A DNA stretch of 63,857 bases, counting the filler, from Kipferlia bialata (lineage: Eukaryota), in assembly GCA_003568945.1 (NCBI GenBank). It is 6 parts of 6 records of this genome, joined end to end, with 100 filler letters (N's around TTAATTAATTAA, not from the genome) between each part and the next. Parts side by side here need not be neighbours in the genome. Positions count along the whole stretch, not along the records: positions 1 to 11,410 come from BDIP01001241.1; positions 11,511 to 22,912 come from BDIP01001242.1; 4 more parts are not named here. One strand, given 5' to 3'. A program made the position numbers and the translations under genes. This document shows positions 1 through 11,638 of the stretch, one piece after another; position 1 is the first letter of the stretch, and each line of letters begins with the position of its first letter. Under the pieces are notes generated by a model. The model saw nothing but the letters and a program-made list of their open reading frames with translations. It was not told where the DNA came from and ran no database searches.

Positions 1-49
<49 letters not shown>
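1..49. repeat. poly-G run at contig end
   Basis: 49 consecutive G; similar G/C homopolymers end most contigs in the window. Confidence 0.9.
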
Positions 50-51
<2 letters not shown>

Positions 52-96
52 GGGATTGATATGGTGGATCATCAAGGCTGGCAGAACCGCCCCACC

Positions 97-1400
97 TGCA
101 ATATCCTCGGGTATCTTGGCCAGAACGTCATCAATGGCCTCTGGTGGTCAGAGACAGAGAGCGAGAGAGATTGAGCGACAAGAAGGAAGGGCGGCTACAT
201 ATATAGACGATATTTCTGGGGATACTGGACGAAAAGAAGCAATATGAGGACCGTACAACTCCAATAGTGATCCAACCTCAGCAAGGTAGTCACCATAATT
301 GTGTATACACATTGATGCAGTTATATCCTGCACCCACAATGCCAGAGATACGTACCTACCACTACACCCACGACGCTGACCCCCCCTTTCTTCCGATACA
401 TCTCCTGGGGTTGGAGAGAGGGAAGCGTGTACGGATGGTGGAAACAGTAGGCTAAACGGGCCCATATTATGAATACCTTGAGTGTGTTGTTGTACGTGTC
501 CTTGATCAGAGAGGTCACAGGCACAGGGGCCCCAAAGTCCCTCTGAAGGGTGAGGGCTAGAGAGCGAACAGAAATGAGACAAAGTGTACTATATTGATTT
601 GTGCACTTGACACAGCCAAACATCTGAATGTTAAGAACTCCATCCCACACCGACATGTCCCCAGGGACATATACAGACCAGAGAGGCCTACCTTGACGGC
701 ATTAGACAGCTGACAACCCCTGCGGTGAGGAGGGGAGGATGAATGGATGGGAGGAAGCAGTAGATGATTTAGCATTTCTGCTGGAAGAGCATGAACAATC
801 CAGTCCATCCAGTCCATCCAGGCCTGGAGGGCATATCGACGTCAACAGAAGTCAGAGAAGGCATCTTTTGTGCCGATGAGGGCATACCTATAGCCTTGTT
901 CCCGCCTGTGTCAGCATCCAGTACACTTGATCGGTTTGACGACAGAATAAACGGATTGACCAAGTATTCGTCCCATTCATATCAATGTAGCAGACTCACC
1001 AATTCTCCTCCCGGGTGGCGAACATGCACACCCTCTCCTCCTCCGTGAGTGCATCGACACTGGTGACCTCGCCCTTGGCGTTGAGATACCTATGGGGGTC
1101 AGCAATCAAACGTTAATCTTCCCTGCTCCTGTTCATTGCTATGATACAGGCATTCAGACCAAGGCAATACTGATACAGGAGGGTATATAGTTCACTGTCC
1201 CCCGCCAGCACTCACACACTAGTGGTGAGGGTCGTGTCGTACCTCAGCTGTCTGGTGTTCAGTCTCAGTTCCCTGGCCGGCTTGCAGATCACTGGATTAG
1301 GCTCAGCCCTTTCCCGAACCGTATTTGTATGTCGCTGCGGCCTGGGACCCGTAGGAGATGCGGCTGGCATTCTACCGTACAGACAGACCCCAGACTCCAC
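97..1400 (-). CDS. multi-exon hypothetical protein, 3'-partial
   Basis: Manual splicing on GT..ctgac/ctcac-ccc-AG signals keeps one frame: RELRLNTRQLR|YLNAKGEVTSVDALTEEERVCMFATREENW|REQGYR|GCQLSNAVK|RDFGAPVPVTSLIKDTYNNTLK|EMYRKKGGVSVVGVVV...EAIDDVLAKIPEDIA; includes an 18-nt microexon at 888-905; ends approximate. Confidence 0.55.
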
Positions 1401-1805
1401 AAACTGATGTATAAGGAGCTATTAATGGACTCTATCTAGATTGACACAAAACATGGAAATATCCGAAGATCTGTCAGATGTTCTTCTCGCAACCTCAGGA
1501 CGACCTCTATCTTCTGGTGAATTGAGCATTCGAACTATAGCTGTGTCTGAGCGGACATGGACACAGTGTACGAATACCAGCCACTCTGCTGAATCCACTT
1601 GAATACAGTTGGTATTGTTGCGCCAAAGGCAATCACCAGATTGAAGCACATACCCACACTAAACATATTGGTCCTCTCATATATAGACTTTACTATTAAT
1701 ACATAAACACATATAACACAATACAAAGAGTTAATGCCACGGACGTCACACAGGATGCCTGTGTAACCGATATTGGGGGTCATCCCATCACATCCCACCC
1801 GCCTG

Positions 1806-3175
1806 TCACTCTGGGAGGGACGGGATATCTGTGTGGGCCACGGGTGCCCCTACGCCCTCCTGGCCATACTCTGCAAACACAAAGTTGAAGCAGTCCTCTG
1901 CGGCTCTGTCCAGATCCTGTGCCTGCTGGGGGTGCAGGGAGAGGGTGTCGACCTGGGACAGCGAGAAGGCAGCGGGGTCAGAGGGGAAGAGGCTGTTGAA
2001 CACGGGGGAGGGCAGCTCTGGCCCCTGTCTGTCACGCGGCACAACAACAGTGGCCACGGCAGTGGCTGGGGTGCCTCTCGCACTCCCCCCTGTGCCTGGC
2101 AGGGCATCCTTTGCGGCACTAGCAGCAGATGGGGCACTACTAGATGAGAAGAACTCACTGGCCGTGACGTCCACCCCCTCTCCCCTCTCCCCCGCTGCTG
2201 CCCCCGGGTGCTGTCTGAGTGCCGCCCCTATACTGTGGAAGAGGGCCGGGAACCCCAGCATGGTGACTGCGTCCACAAACAGCCAGGGCACCCTGAGGCC
2301 AGTGTCGAATGATGCCGTGACTAGGTGGAGGCCCTCCTGGAAGGCAGAGGCCTGGGCCTGGGCCTGGGCTAGGATGTCTGCCGCAGAGTGCAGGTGGGTG
2401 GCAGAGGGGGAGGGGGTCTGGCCAAGCACACCCCGGGGACTCTTCTTCTGGGCAACTGCAGTCTCACTGAGGGGTCAGCCAGAGAGGGAAGAGGAATGAA
2501 TGAATGACGGAAGGAGACGGGGGAAGGGGGGTAGAGAGAAGGAATTCACCACGACAGTAGCAACCCACACAACAGCAAGTCTCAGTCCATGTGTACCTGT
2601 AGAACTGTGCAGCCAGCGACACAGGGGTGTAGCACACTAACAGCTTGGAGGCACGCTCATACAGCTGCCTCTTGGTGCACTTTGCAAAGTATGCATGGAG
2701 CAGGGTGACAGCAGCAGGCATCGCATCAGGCTGCACAGGGTCAATCACTAGCACACACAGTCTGGGGTTAGGCAACATCAAGGGAATCAGGTGAGAGAGA
2801 GAGCCTCATACAGAGAATCAGTATAGCCTACTCCTCCTCTCACCTTGCCTCTGAGCTGAACTGTTCCAGCAGACTGGAGTAGAGACTGCCTATGTCCCTG
2901 AGGTGCAACACAGTCCCTGCGTCCAGGGGGACCTCTATGCTAGGCATGGGGGGGACACACACACGGTCAACCTCAACGCCTGACAGGTCAGAATAACAGT
3001 GGAAGGAGAGAAGTGTTTCGACCGTATTTACCACCCGGAACATGAAGAACACACACACACCTCGTGTGGGTCTGGACACCGGCAATAGACCAGGGGAGTA
3101 GCCGCCTAGTAGTTCTGGAGTCAGAGGGTTATTGGTCCAATACAATACACTGACACCCTGAACACAGAATCTCAC
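1806..3175 (-). CDS. multi-exon hypothetical protein, 5' end lost in N gap
   Basis: Three GC-richer coding blocks (~2843-3175, ~2597-2760, 1806-~2475) bounded by GT/AG signals; no family recognised. Confidence 0.6.
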
Positions 3176-4275
3176 GGTATTGGGGGGGGGGGGGGGGGGA
3201 AAAAAAAAAAAAAAAAAGACCCANNNNNNNNNNNNNNNNNNNNNNNNNNNNNNNNNNNNNNNNNNNNNNNNNNNNNNNNNNNNNNNNNNNNNNNNNNNNN
3301 NNNNNNNNNNNNNNNNNNNNNNNNNNNNNNNNNNNNNNNNNNNNNNNNNNNNNNNNNNNNNNNNNNNNNNNNNNNNNNNNNNNNNNNNNNNNNNNNNNNN
3401 NNNNNNNNNNNNNNNNNNNNNNNNNNNNNNNNNNNNNNNNNNNNNNNNNNNNNNNNNNNNNNNNNNNNNNNNNNNNNNNNNNNNNNNNNNNNNNNNNNNN
3501 NNNNNNNNNNNNNNNNNNNNNNNNNNNNNNNNNNNNNNNNNNNNNNNNNNNNNNNNNNNNNNNNNNNNNNNNNNNNNNNNNNNNNNNNNNNNNNNNNNNN
3601 NNNNNNNNNNNNNNNNNNNNNNNNNNNNNNNNNNNNNNNNNNNNNNNNNNNNNNNNNNNNNNNNNNNNNNNNNNNNNNNNNNNNNNNNNNNNNNNNNNNN
3701 NNNNNNNNNNNNNNNNNNNNNNNNNNNNNNNNNNNNNNNNNNNNNNNNNNNNNNNNNNNNNNNNNNNNNNNNNNNNNNNNNNNNNNNNNNNNNNNNNNNN
3801 NNNNNNNNNNNNNNNNNNNNNNNNNNNNNNNNNNNNNNNNNNNNNNNNNNNNNNNNNNNNNNNNNNNNNNNNNNNNNNNNNNNNNNNNNNNNNNNNNNNN
3901 NNNNNNNNNNNNNNNNNNNNNNNNNNNNNNNNNNNNNNNNNNNNNNNNNNNNNNNNNNNNNNNNNNNNNNNNNNNNNNNNNNNNNNNNNNNNNNNNNNNN
4001 NNNNNNNNNNNNNNNNNNNNNNNNNNNNNNNNNNNNNNNNNNNNNNNNNNNNNNNNNNNNNNNNNNNNNNNNNNNNNNNNNNNNNNNNNNNNNNNNNNNN
4101 NNNNNNNNNNNNNNNNNNNNNNNNNNNNNNNNNNNNNNNNNNNNNNNNNNNNNNNNNNNNNNNNNNNNNNNNNNNNNNNNNNNNNNNNNNNNNNNNNNNN
4201 NNNNNNNNNNNNNNNNNNNNNCTCTCTCTTCCTGTGTTTCTAGTGCATCCCCCCCCCCACCACCCTGACCTCAGA

Positions 4276-5110
4276 GTGAAGGTATCCCTGAGGACCCTTC
4301 CAACAGCACCTCCCTGGCCATAGTGCCTGTATCTAGCCAGGGGTCCATGGTGAAACAGTACAACAGGTATATGGTAGTATATCTGTTGGATATACGTATC
4401 TATATTGTATATATATTGTATATATATCTATTGTGTATACGTATATTGATTCAATTTTGTATATTGTATATATGGTATATGTCTTCAAACCCCAAGTCTT
4501 GGTGAACGTTCCATCATACTGGATCTTGTATATCTATGTCTACCATATATATCTTTATGTATATATGAGTGTATTCATCAGACTCCATTCTGACCCCCAG
4601 CCTTGGGGACCGGTCCATCATACAGGACCTGTCTCGCAGGGGGGGAGAGGCAGAGAGAGAGAGAGAAGGCATACCGCAGACAGAGGACGAAACTCCAGTG
4701 GTGGTGAGTATTGCTGTCTCTCTCTGTATTTCTTTACTCCCTGCCCCTCTATTGTTCTGAGGCATCTCCCCTTACCCCTAGATGCGTGAGATCACTGTCC
4801 CCACCTTTGAGGCCTTGTGTAAGAAGATGATTGAGGAGGAGAAGGAGCACGAGACGCGGTTCACTATTGGAGGTACGATACCCACATATACTCCCGCCCT
4901 GCTATGTCTAAACATGTATGTATATATACACCTGACCCCCAGGGGAGTACCACCACATGGATTCATATATGTATATATGTATGTATATGTGTGTTAATGT
5001 ATATCATTAGTGTTGATTGTGTACATATGTACTGACCCCTAGGGGAGTACCACCACAAGGACTCCAAGACCACCACGTGCTACCATCGCTGCTGGTACTC
5101 GGTGAGTTAT

Positions 5111-5142
<32 letters not shown>

Positions 5143-7459
5143 GTCTTATTACATCGCTGCTGGTACTCGGTGAGTCTCTCTCTATCCAGCCAGTATCAGT
5201 GCACCATGCACTATCTCTCTCTCTCTCTCTCTCTCCCTCTCTCTCTAGCCCCTTATTCCAGGACTGCCAGTGCACCATGTCGTATGTCAAGAACACAGCC
5301 CAGAGCACTGATGACCTGCTAGACCACGAGGCAGGGTACAGTGTGCCACCCAAGCATGATGGGACGGCACCCGCTGCACTATCCACCCTAGAGAGCAGCA
5401 GCACCCTCTCCCAGGACACTGTCTCCTCCATGGTATACTCACAGGACTCGCCAGACAGGAAGAGAGAGAGAGAGAGAGAGGCAGAGCTACCACTCAGTAA
5501 TGTACCCATAGCACCTAGTGATGGTGGGAGTGCCATGCCCCCCGGGGTGCTTGGTGGTCAGTCCCCGGTGCAGCACAGCGTGCCCCCTTATGTCATAACC
5601 TTCAAGCACGAGCACACCAACCATGAAAACGGGTAAGGGGACTCTATATGTGTAGTATATATGACGTGAAGTGTCTTCACTGTATATATGAGTGTGTGAG
5701 TGTATCACGTTGTCTCTCACCCCCCAGGAGCCAACAGGCCAAGCGCGTGTACAGGTCAGAGTTCCTGAGACTCTTAGTATGCAGAGAGCTCAGAAAGACA
5801 CAGGTAGGAGTTTGTATATATCGTGTATATTTATCAAAGGTTGGTCGTCGAAGTAGCCACCTAACCCCAGACCCGGTCTGTTGTCCAGCTGGTCAAGGAC
5901 CTCACCAAAGAGTACAAGCTAGAGGGGTGAGTACAGGATATATATCTCTTCTACAGGCAACTGCCCCTATATGTGTGGTTTCAGACCCAGTTTCAGACCC
6001 ACTCACATATGAGTTAATGTGTATTCTATGAGATATGTAGCAGTGTCTCCCCTCACCCCCAGCCCCAACCGGTTCCTTAACCTGACGTCCAAGCTACTCA
6101 GACACTGGAGGGCCAAGGTATATATGTTAGTGTTATATATATATATGCCTCTACTGAGTATCTCTAACCCCTTAGGAGAAGGAGCGCCTGGGCGATGACT
6201 ACCACCGACCCCCTCTCTCTAAGGAGGCAGGGCAGGTGGCGGCATCAGTAAGGGAACTGGTAGGGTCAGCATCCAATGTGGCCAATGCCCTGAGGGGTAC
6301 TGTGACAAGTACAGGTGATGGTGTCGGTCCCACTTCCAATGTGGGCAGTAGCGCCCCTCCCTCCCGTGCCCCCACCCCCCTCACCGGCTCTGCCTCTGCC
6401 TCTGCCTCACCCTGTGACGCCCCCCCTACCATACATGTACCCTACCCACCATCTGGTCTCAACAGTATCACAGGGGGGGTGAGTGGGGGCATGACCCTAC
6501 CCCCTAGCAGTGCAGTGACGGACACGGCTATGTCTATAGGGGGTGTGGGTGCTATCCAGAGTAGTATCCCCTCCGACATGCCCCAGATGGGCCCTCATAT
6601 AGGCATGGCCATGGGTACCGAGGGGAAGGGGGAGAGAGAGGGAGAGGGGGATGGAGTGGGGAGAGCACAGGAGAGCAAGCGTGAGGCAGACAGTATTCCC
6701 GAGAACTCTGTGCCCTGGGTCATCCCGAGTCAGAACAAGTCAATGCAAGTCAATATGACCCTGGAACCGGCTCTGAAGAGACCCGCCCCCCCTGACATTC
6801 TGAGTCACGGTGGGATGTCTGCTGATAGTGGCCTCTCTGTCCCACCCCCAGTACCCACAGTGCCTACTGTTCCTCCTGTTCCTACTGTCCCTACTATTCC
6901 CAGTGTGCCCACTGTCCCTAGTGTGCATGGTGTGGCCTCCGCCCACCACTGTATAGTGCACCCACCTTCGGCGCCCACTCTACCCCATGCCCTTGCACCC
7001 TCTAGACCTAGACCCTCTAGACCCTCTAGGTCGTCCATGCCCATGTCCGTGAGTGTGTCTGTATCCACAATGCCTCTGGCTGAGCTGGGCCTCGACCCCA
7101 CCCTCCCCACCCCTCTCCCCTCCTCTCTCCCCTCTATGCCGACCGTCTCCCCCCTCGGCCACCCCGTCAACCCCCTCAGGGTCAGCCCTCCCCTTGCCCC
7201 CCCTCTGCCTATGCATGTGGGTCAGGAGATAGCCTCTAGGGGGGTGTCCCCAGTGCTCCAGCACATGGAGATGGATGCCATGGGGAGTATGGGAACAATG
7301 GGCAATATGGGTGACATTGGCACAATTGGGAGCATTGGGAGCATTGGGAGTATGGGTGGCATGGACATGGGGACCCTGGGTCAGATGGGGTTACCCACTC
7401 AGATTAGTCAGCCCACTCTAGTGCCCTCTAGACACCAGGGGTCAAATCGGCAGACATAG
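4276..7459 (+). CDS. WRKY/GCM1/FAR1-like C2H2 zinc-finger + helical domain protein with long Pro/Ser/Met-rich tail, 5'-partial; putative transcription factor
   Basis: Spliced translation ...PTFEALCKKMIEEEKEHETRFTIG|GEYHHKDSKTTTCYHRCWYS|DCQCTMSYVK-(~95 aa insert)-YVITFKHEHTNHENG|SQQAKRVY...|TRSVVQLVKDLTKEYKLEG|PNRFLNLTSKLLRHWRAK|, then a long terminal exon to TAG 7459. Confidence 0.55.
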
Positions 7460-7949
7460 ATTCAATTAATAGACTTAACCTCTTCGCTCTGGATACTAGT
7501 TTTCATACATGATTCACTATTCCAAGAGTATTACTGTGTGTGAACTATACAATAATACACAATACGGGTCTATTCACCGTCACAGATAACGGGACGCGTG
7601 TAGGTGAGAGTATCTGACCACAAGATGATATGCGTACCATCTCAGAACGGTAGATGGGCAGTACAGGAGTCCATAGAGTCCAGACCCCAAACACCATCTA
7701 CTGTCCCTGAACCACTTGTCTTGTACTGGGACCAGCTCTTACATCTTTAGCCAGACATGGCGGGTACACCTTGTGTAGTTGCACTGTAGTCTCATCACAT
7801 ATCTCCTCAAGGACACAGGCCATCAAGGCATGCACGGCCTGTGAGGGGATACAAGGTGGCTGATCTCTAGCTATGCATATACATAACACCCTGGACAAGC
7901 GATGGTGGATGTATGGACCGTTCTAGACAGCAAATTGAACTAGACTAGA

Positions 7950-8297
7950 GTCCAATGACATCATCCACACCGAGATAACCCTACAGGGCACTTCAACGCA
8001 CGATATTGAGACCCAGATACACGATCTAGTCTATGTACCCTGTGATCTGCCTGTCGAACTCAGCCTGTAGGTCAGTGTCATGCTAAGAGAAGACACAAGA
8101 AAGGGTCTTCGAGTTAGAAGTTGGCGGCACTGACTACTGATACCTGTACATCCAGAGCTCGCTGTGTCTCAGTCTCGAGGACCCGACGGGCAGTCTGGGA
8201 TAAGAGGGTATACATATGCCAGGTCAACTATCCTGCCTTCTTCTTTCAGGTATGTACTAATATATGTGTACGTAAGTATGAATCGCCACAGATATCC

Positions 8298-8348
<51 letters not shown>

Positions 8349-11347
8349 CCCATATATACTGATACGTCACCACTGACCTTGATATCTGCCCCCACTCCCT
8401 CGTACTGTGCCATCTGGGCAGTGAGGCGCCTGAGGGGTGAGACATAGCATAAGAAGGCTCAGGATTCAATTCCTATCTCAGTCAATTACTATAGAACAAG
8501 CAACGTACTCGAGAGTATCCACTGCCTCTGATAGTGAGTGTGCTGCCCTGTCTGCCTCAGGCAAGGCTAGGGTGTACATGTCGGCATGCCCACTCTCTCT
8601 GTCTCCCTCTGCCTGTACCAGACCCCTCTCCCTCAGGGTGTGGAGGAGGGACCTGGGGTTGGTTGTATAGGAAGAGAGAGAGAAAGAGAGAGCGAAAGAG
8701 AGATTACCCCGGATGTGGAGGAGGGACCTGGGGTGGGGACATGTATCAAGAGAGAGAAGAGATACACATATAAATGAGAGCATGTACCTATACTGATGTG
8801 CACACCTCAAAGAGAGAAGAGAAGAGATAATATATAGGAATAAGCCCTTGCTGCCCCGTTTGTGTCATGACTTGTCAGGAGGACTCTATGTCAGAGAGAG
8901 AGAGAGTATACCTGTACTCCTGGGCACTCCTCCTGGCCCGTGCTGTGTTCCGTCTCTCTCTCGCCGCATGCTTCTCCTTCCTGTCCTCGCACTCCCTGCC
9001 CATGTCTCTCTCTCCCTCTGTCACGACACTCAGCGCAGATGCCAGGTCGGACAGGGCCTGGTTCTCTTGATGCTGGGGTTAAGACTAACTAACCATTCGA
9101 TTTAGTAAAATTGAGAAAGTGAGAGAGGGAGATGGAAGAAGAGAAAGAGATACACAGGTTCTCTTGCAGCTAGGTGTGTGTGAGAGACTAGTTGCAGTGG
9201 TACCTGACGATCTTTCTCTGCCTCGAGTGTCAGTCTCTCTCTCTCCAGGCCTATCATAGAGGACTCACACTGGGCTGGGGGTCAGACATATACATATACT
9301 ACAGTCATATCGAAGTAATGGTGACTATACTCTCATACAAATGATGTGCCACACATATGTGTAGACAGTACAATTGTATATACCTAGCACTGCCTGGACT
9401 GCCCTGTCTGTGGATGTGGACAGACCCACACATACATATACTAGTAGAGTATAACTATGTAATTAGTAGTAATTGTATATATATACATACCCAGCACTGC
9501 CTGGACTGCGCTGTCTGTGGATGTGGACAGACCCACACTGACTGCAGAGGCAGAGAGGACAAGGGCCTAGAGTGAGACAGGTGTATATATAGATAGAGAG
9601 AGAGAGAGAGAGAGATGCACTGACAGCAGAGTCAGACAGGACTAGTGCCTGTAATCAGATGTGAATTAGAATATCGAAAGCGAGAGATGCACACATATAC
9701 CTGCTTAGTGGCCTCTGCAGATTATTATATTTACATTATGCTATATTGTATTATTGAAATTATATATAACACTATATATTCACCTGCTTGGTGGCCTCTG
9801 CACTAATGACATCAGCATCTGTCTCCCCCTCTCCCTCTCCACTCTCTGACATATCAGGCACTGACACTGCCCCATGGGAGAGAGAGAGGGAGAGAGCCTG
9901 TATCTCCTCCATCAGCATGGCACTCTCACTCTCCAGAGAGAGGGTCTCTGCCGCTCTAGCCTAATATGTGAGAATGCACGTCATATGACATACATACATA
10001 TGTAGAGAGAGAGAGAAAGAGTACTCTCGAGAGAGAGGGTCTTTGCGTTCCTGGCCTAGTTTAGAGATGAATCATACTGACGCAGAGAGAGGGTATCTGC
10101 CCTGACATATGAATGCAATCAAGATGGTATTATGCCACTATACCCACACATTATACCCACCTCGAATGCCTCTCCCTCCACAGACAGGATGCCATCGGCC
10201 CTGGTCACACAGGCCTGGGGTGGGGGATATATATGTATATATATAGAGAGAGAGGCGGGGGAGAGAGAGAGATTCTTAGCTTGCCCTGGTCACACAGGTC
10301 AAGAGTTAGGGGGGTGTATATACAGAGAGAGGGGGAGATAACAAATAGCCACACAGGCCTGGGGTAGAGGACCACCTCTACATACATAGGAGGGGAGAGG
10401 TGGAAGAATTGAGATAAAGCATAACGAATATGTGAGGAAAGGAAGGGAGGGGAGGGGGTCGAGAGAGAGGGAGAGAAACTTCTTAGGTCATTAGTGCACT
10501 GTCTCTCGATGGTACATAGGACATTAGGCGGCACACGAAGTACGAAGACAGAGAGATGATTGAGACAGAGAACGGTACCGGTACCGTTATTGAATACAAA
10601 GTAGTGCACACATGACAGCTAGTCATGCACCTAGTCAGTAATATCAGAGAGCTTAGTAACAATATAAAGAGTGCAAGAGGATATCAGAGCACCATGAGCC
10701 AATACTATATATACTAGTACACTCTGGTACCGGTATCGGTACTGGTTTCTATACCTGTAATAGCTGTACCGTGGTATCATCTGCCTCCACACTCAGTGAC
10801 TCCACATGCACACCCAGCAGAGACGCAGCACCAGAGAGAGCCTCCTGCATTGTAGGGGGGTGTAGTATGGTGTATAGGAAGTGAGCGTACGTTAACTACT
10901 GACCATTTTGTGTCACTCAATGAACCCTCTCGCCCGTTCTGAGTTGATTGACATGCGTCTCTAAGGTCGTAGGTCAGTATAGGGGGAGGACTGTCAATAC
11001 ATACCTCAACTCCCTCCGTATCGCTCAGCAGACGGTTACCAAGAGCTCAGTTGGATAAGTGGAGGTATATTAAATAGTATGGATCCTTAAGGATAGTTTG
11101 GTACCGGTACCGATCCATGTACCATCACTTCATTATCATTTTGTCCTTACCTCAGTGACCATAAGGGATGTCCAAGCTCTTTGTGCCCCTCCGGTCCAAA
11201 GTGAGTGGCACCAGGGTTAGATACCAGGTGGGAATGGTACATATATACACTGACTTACATGTGTATAGGGGATTTGCCTCTCCTTACTTGGACCTACATA
11301 CCCTCCAGCGCTCCAAGACCTAGACATCTGTCCCGCACTCTCACCAT
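7950..11347 (-). CDS. multi-exon coiled-coil hypothetical protein
   Basis: Exons such as EALSGAASLLGVHVESLSVEADDTTVQLLQ, ARAAETLSLESESAMLMEEIQALSLSL, AQCESSMIGLERERLTLEAEKDRQ and TARRVLETETQRALDVQ with canonical splice sites; ends approximate. Confidence 0.55.
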
Positions 11348-11359
11348 TGTCGCTCTATT

Positions 11360-11410
<51 letters not shown>

Positions 11411-11510
11411 NNNNNNNNNNNNNNNNNNNNNNNNNNNNNNNNNNNNNNNNNNNNTTAATTAATTAANNNNNNNNNNNNNNNNNNNNNNNNNNNNNNNNNN
11501 NNNNNNNNNN
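11411..11510. other. artificial contig linker N44-TTAATTAATTAA-N44 (also 22913-23012, 34413-34512, 40879-40978, 52369-52468)
   Basis: Identical 100-nt spacer with a stop-in-all-frames 12-mer, repeated five times. Confidence 0.95.
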
Positions 11511-11560
<50 letters not shown>

Positions 11561-11638
11561 AAAAGTGGGTGGATGCGTGCACCAGCAAAACAGTGTCAGT
11601 GGCATAGTACTCAAAATGTATGTATATAGAATGCATAC

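Noticed and set aside
3180..4268. Long ORFs through N runs (also 13778-14731, 50203-51823)
   Set aside because: Artefacts of translating assembly gaps.
4276..7459. Active Mutator transposon
   Set aside because: No DDE catalytic domain, TIRs or TSD are visible; the gene structure is host-like and intron-rich.
11361..11410. Poly-C/poly-G tracts as telomeres or functional G4 elements
   Set aside because: They lie at contig ends with unreliable length, and are probably expanded C-runs of acceptors causing sequencing dropout.
11455..11466. TTAATTAATTAA as a piggyBac target site or regulatory palindrome
   Set aside because: It is always centred in exactly 44+44 Ns; an artificial linker.
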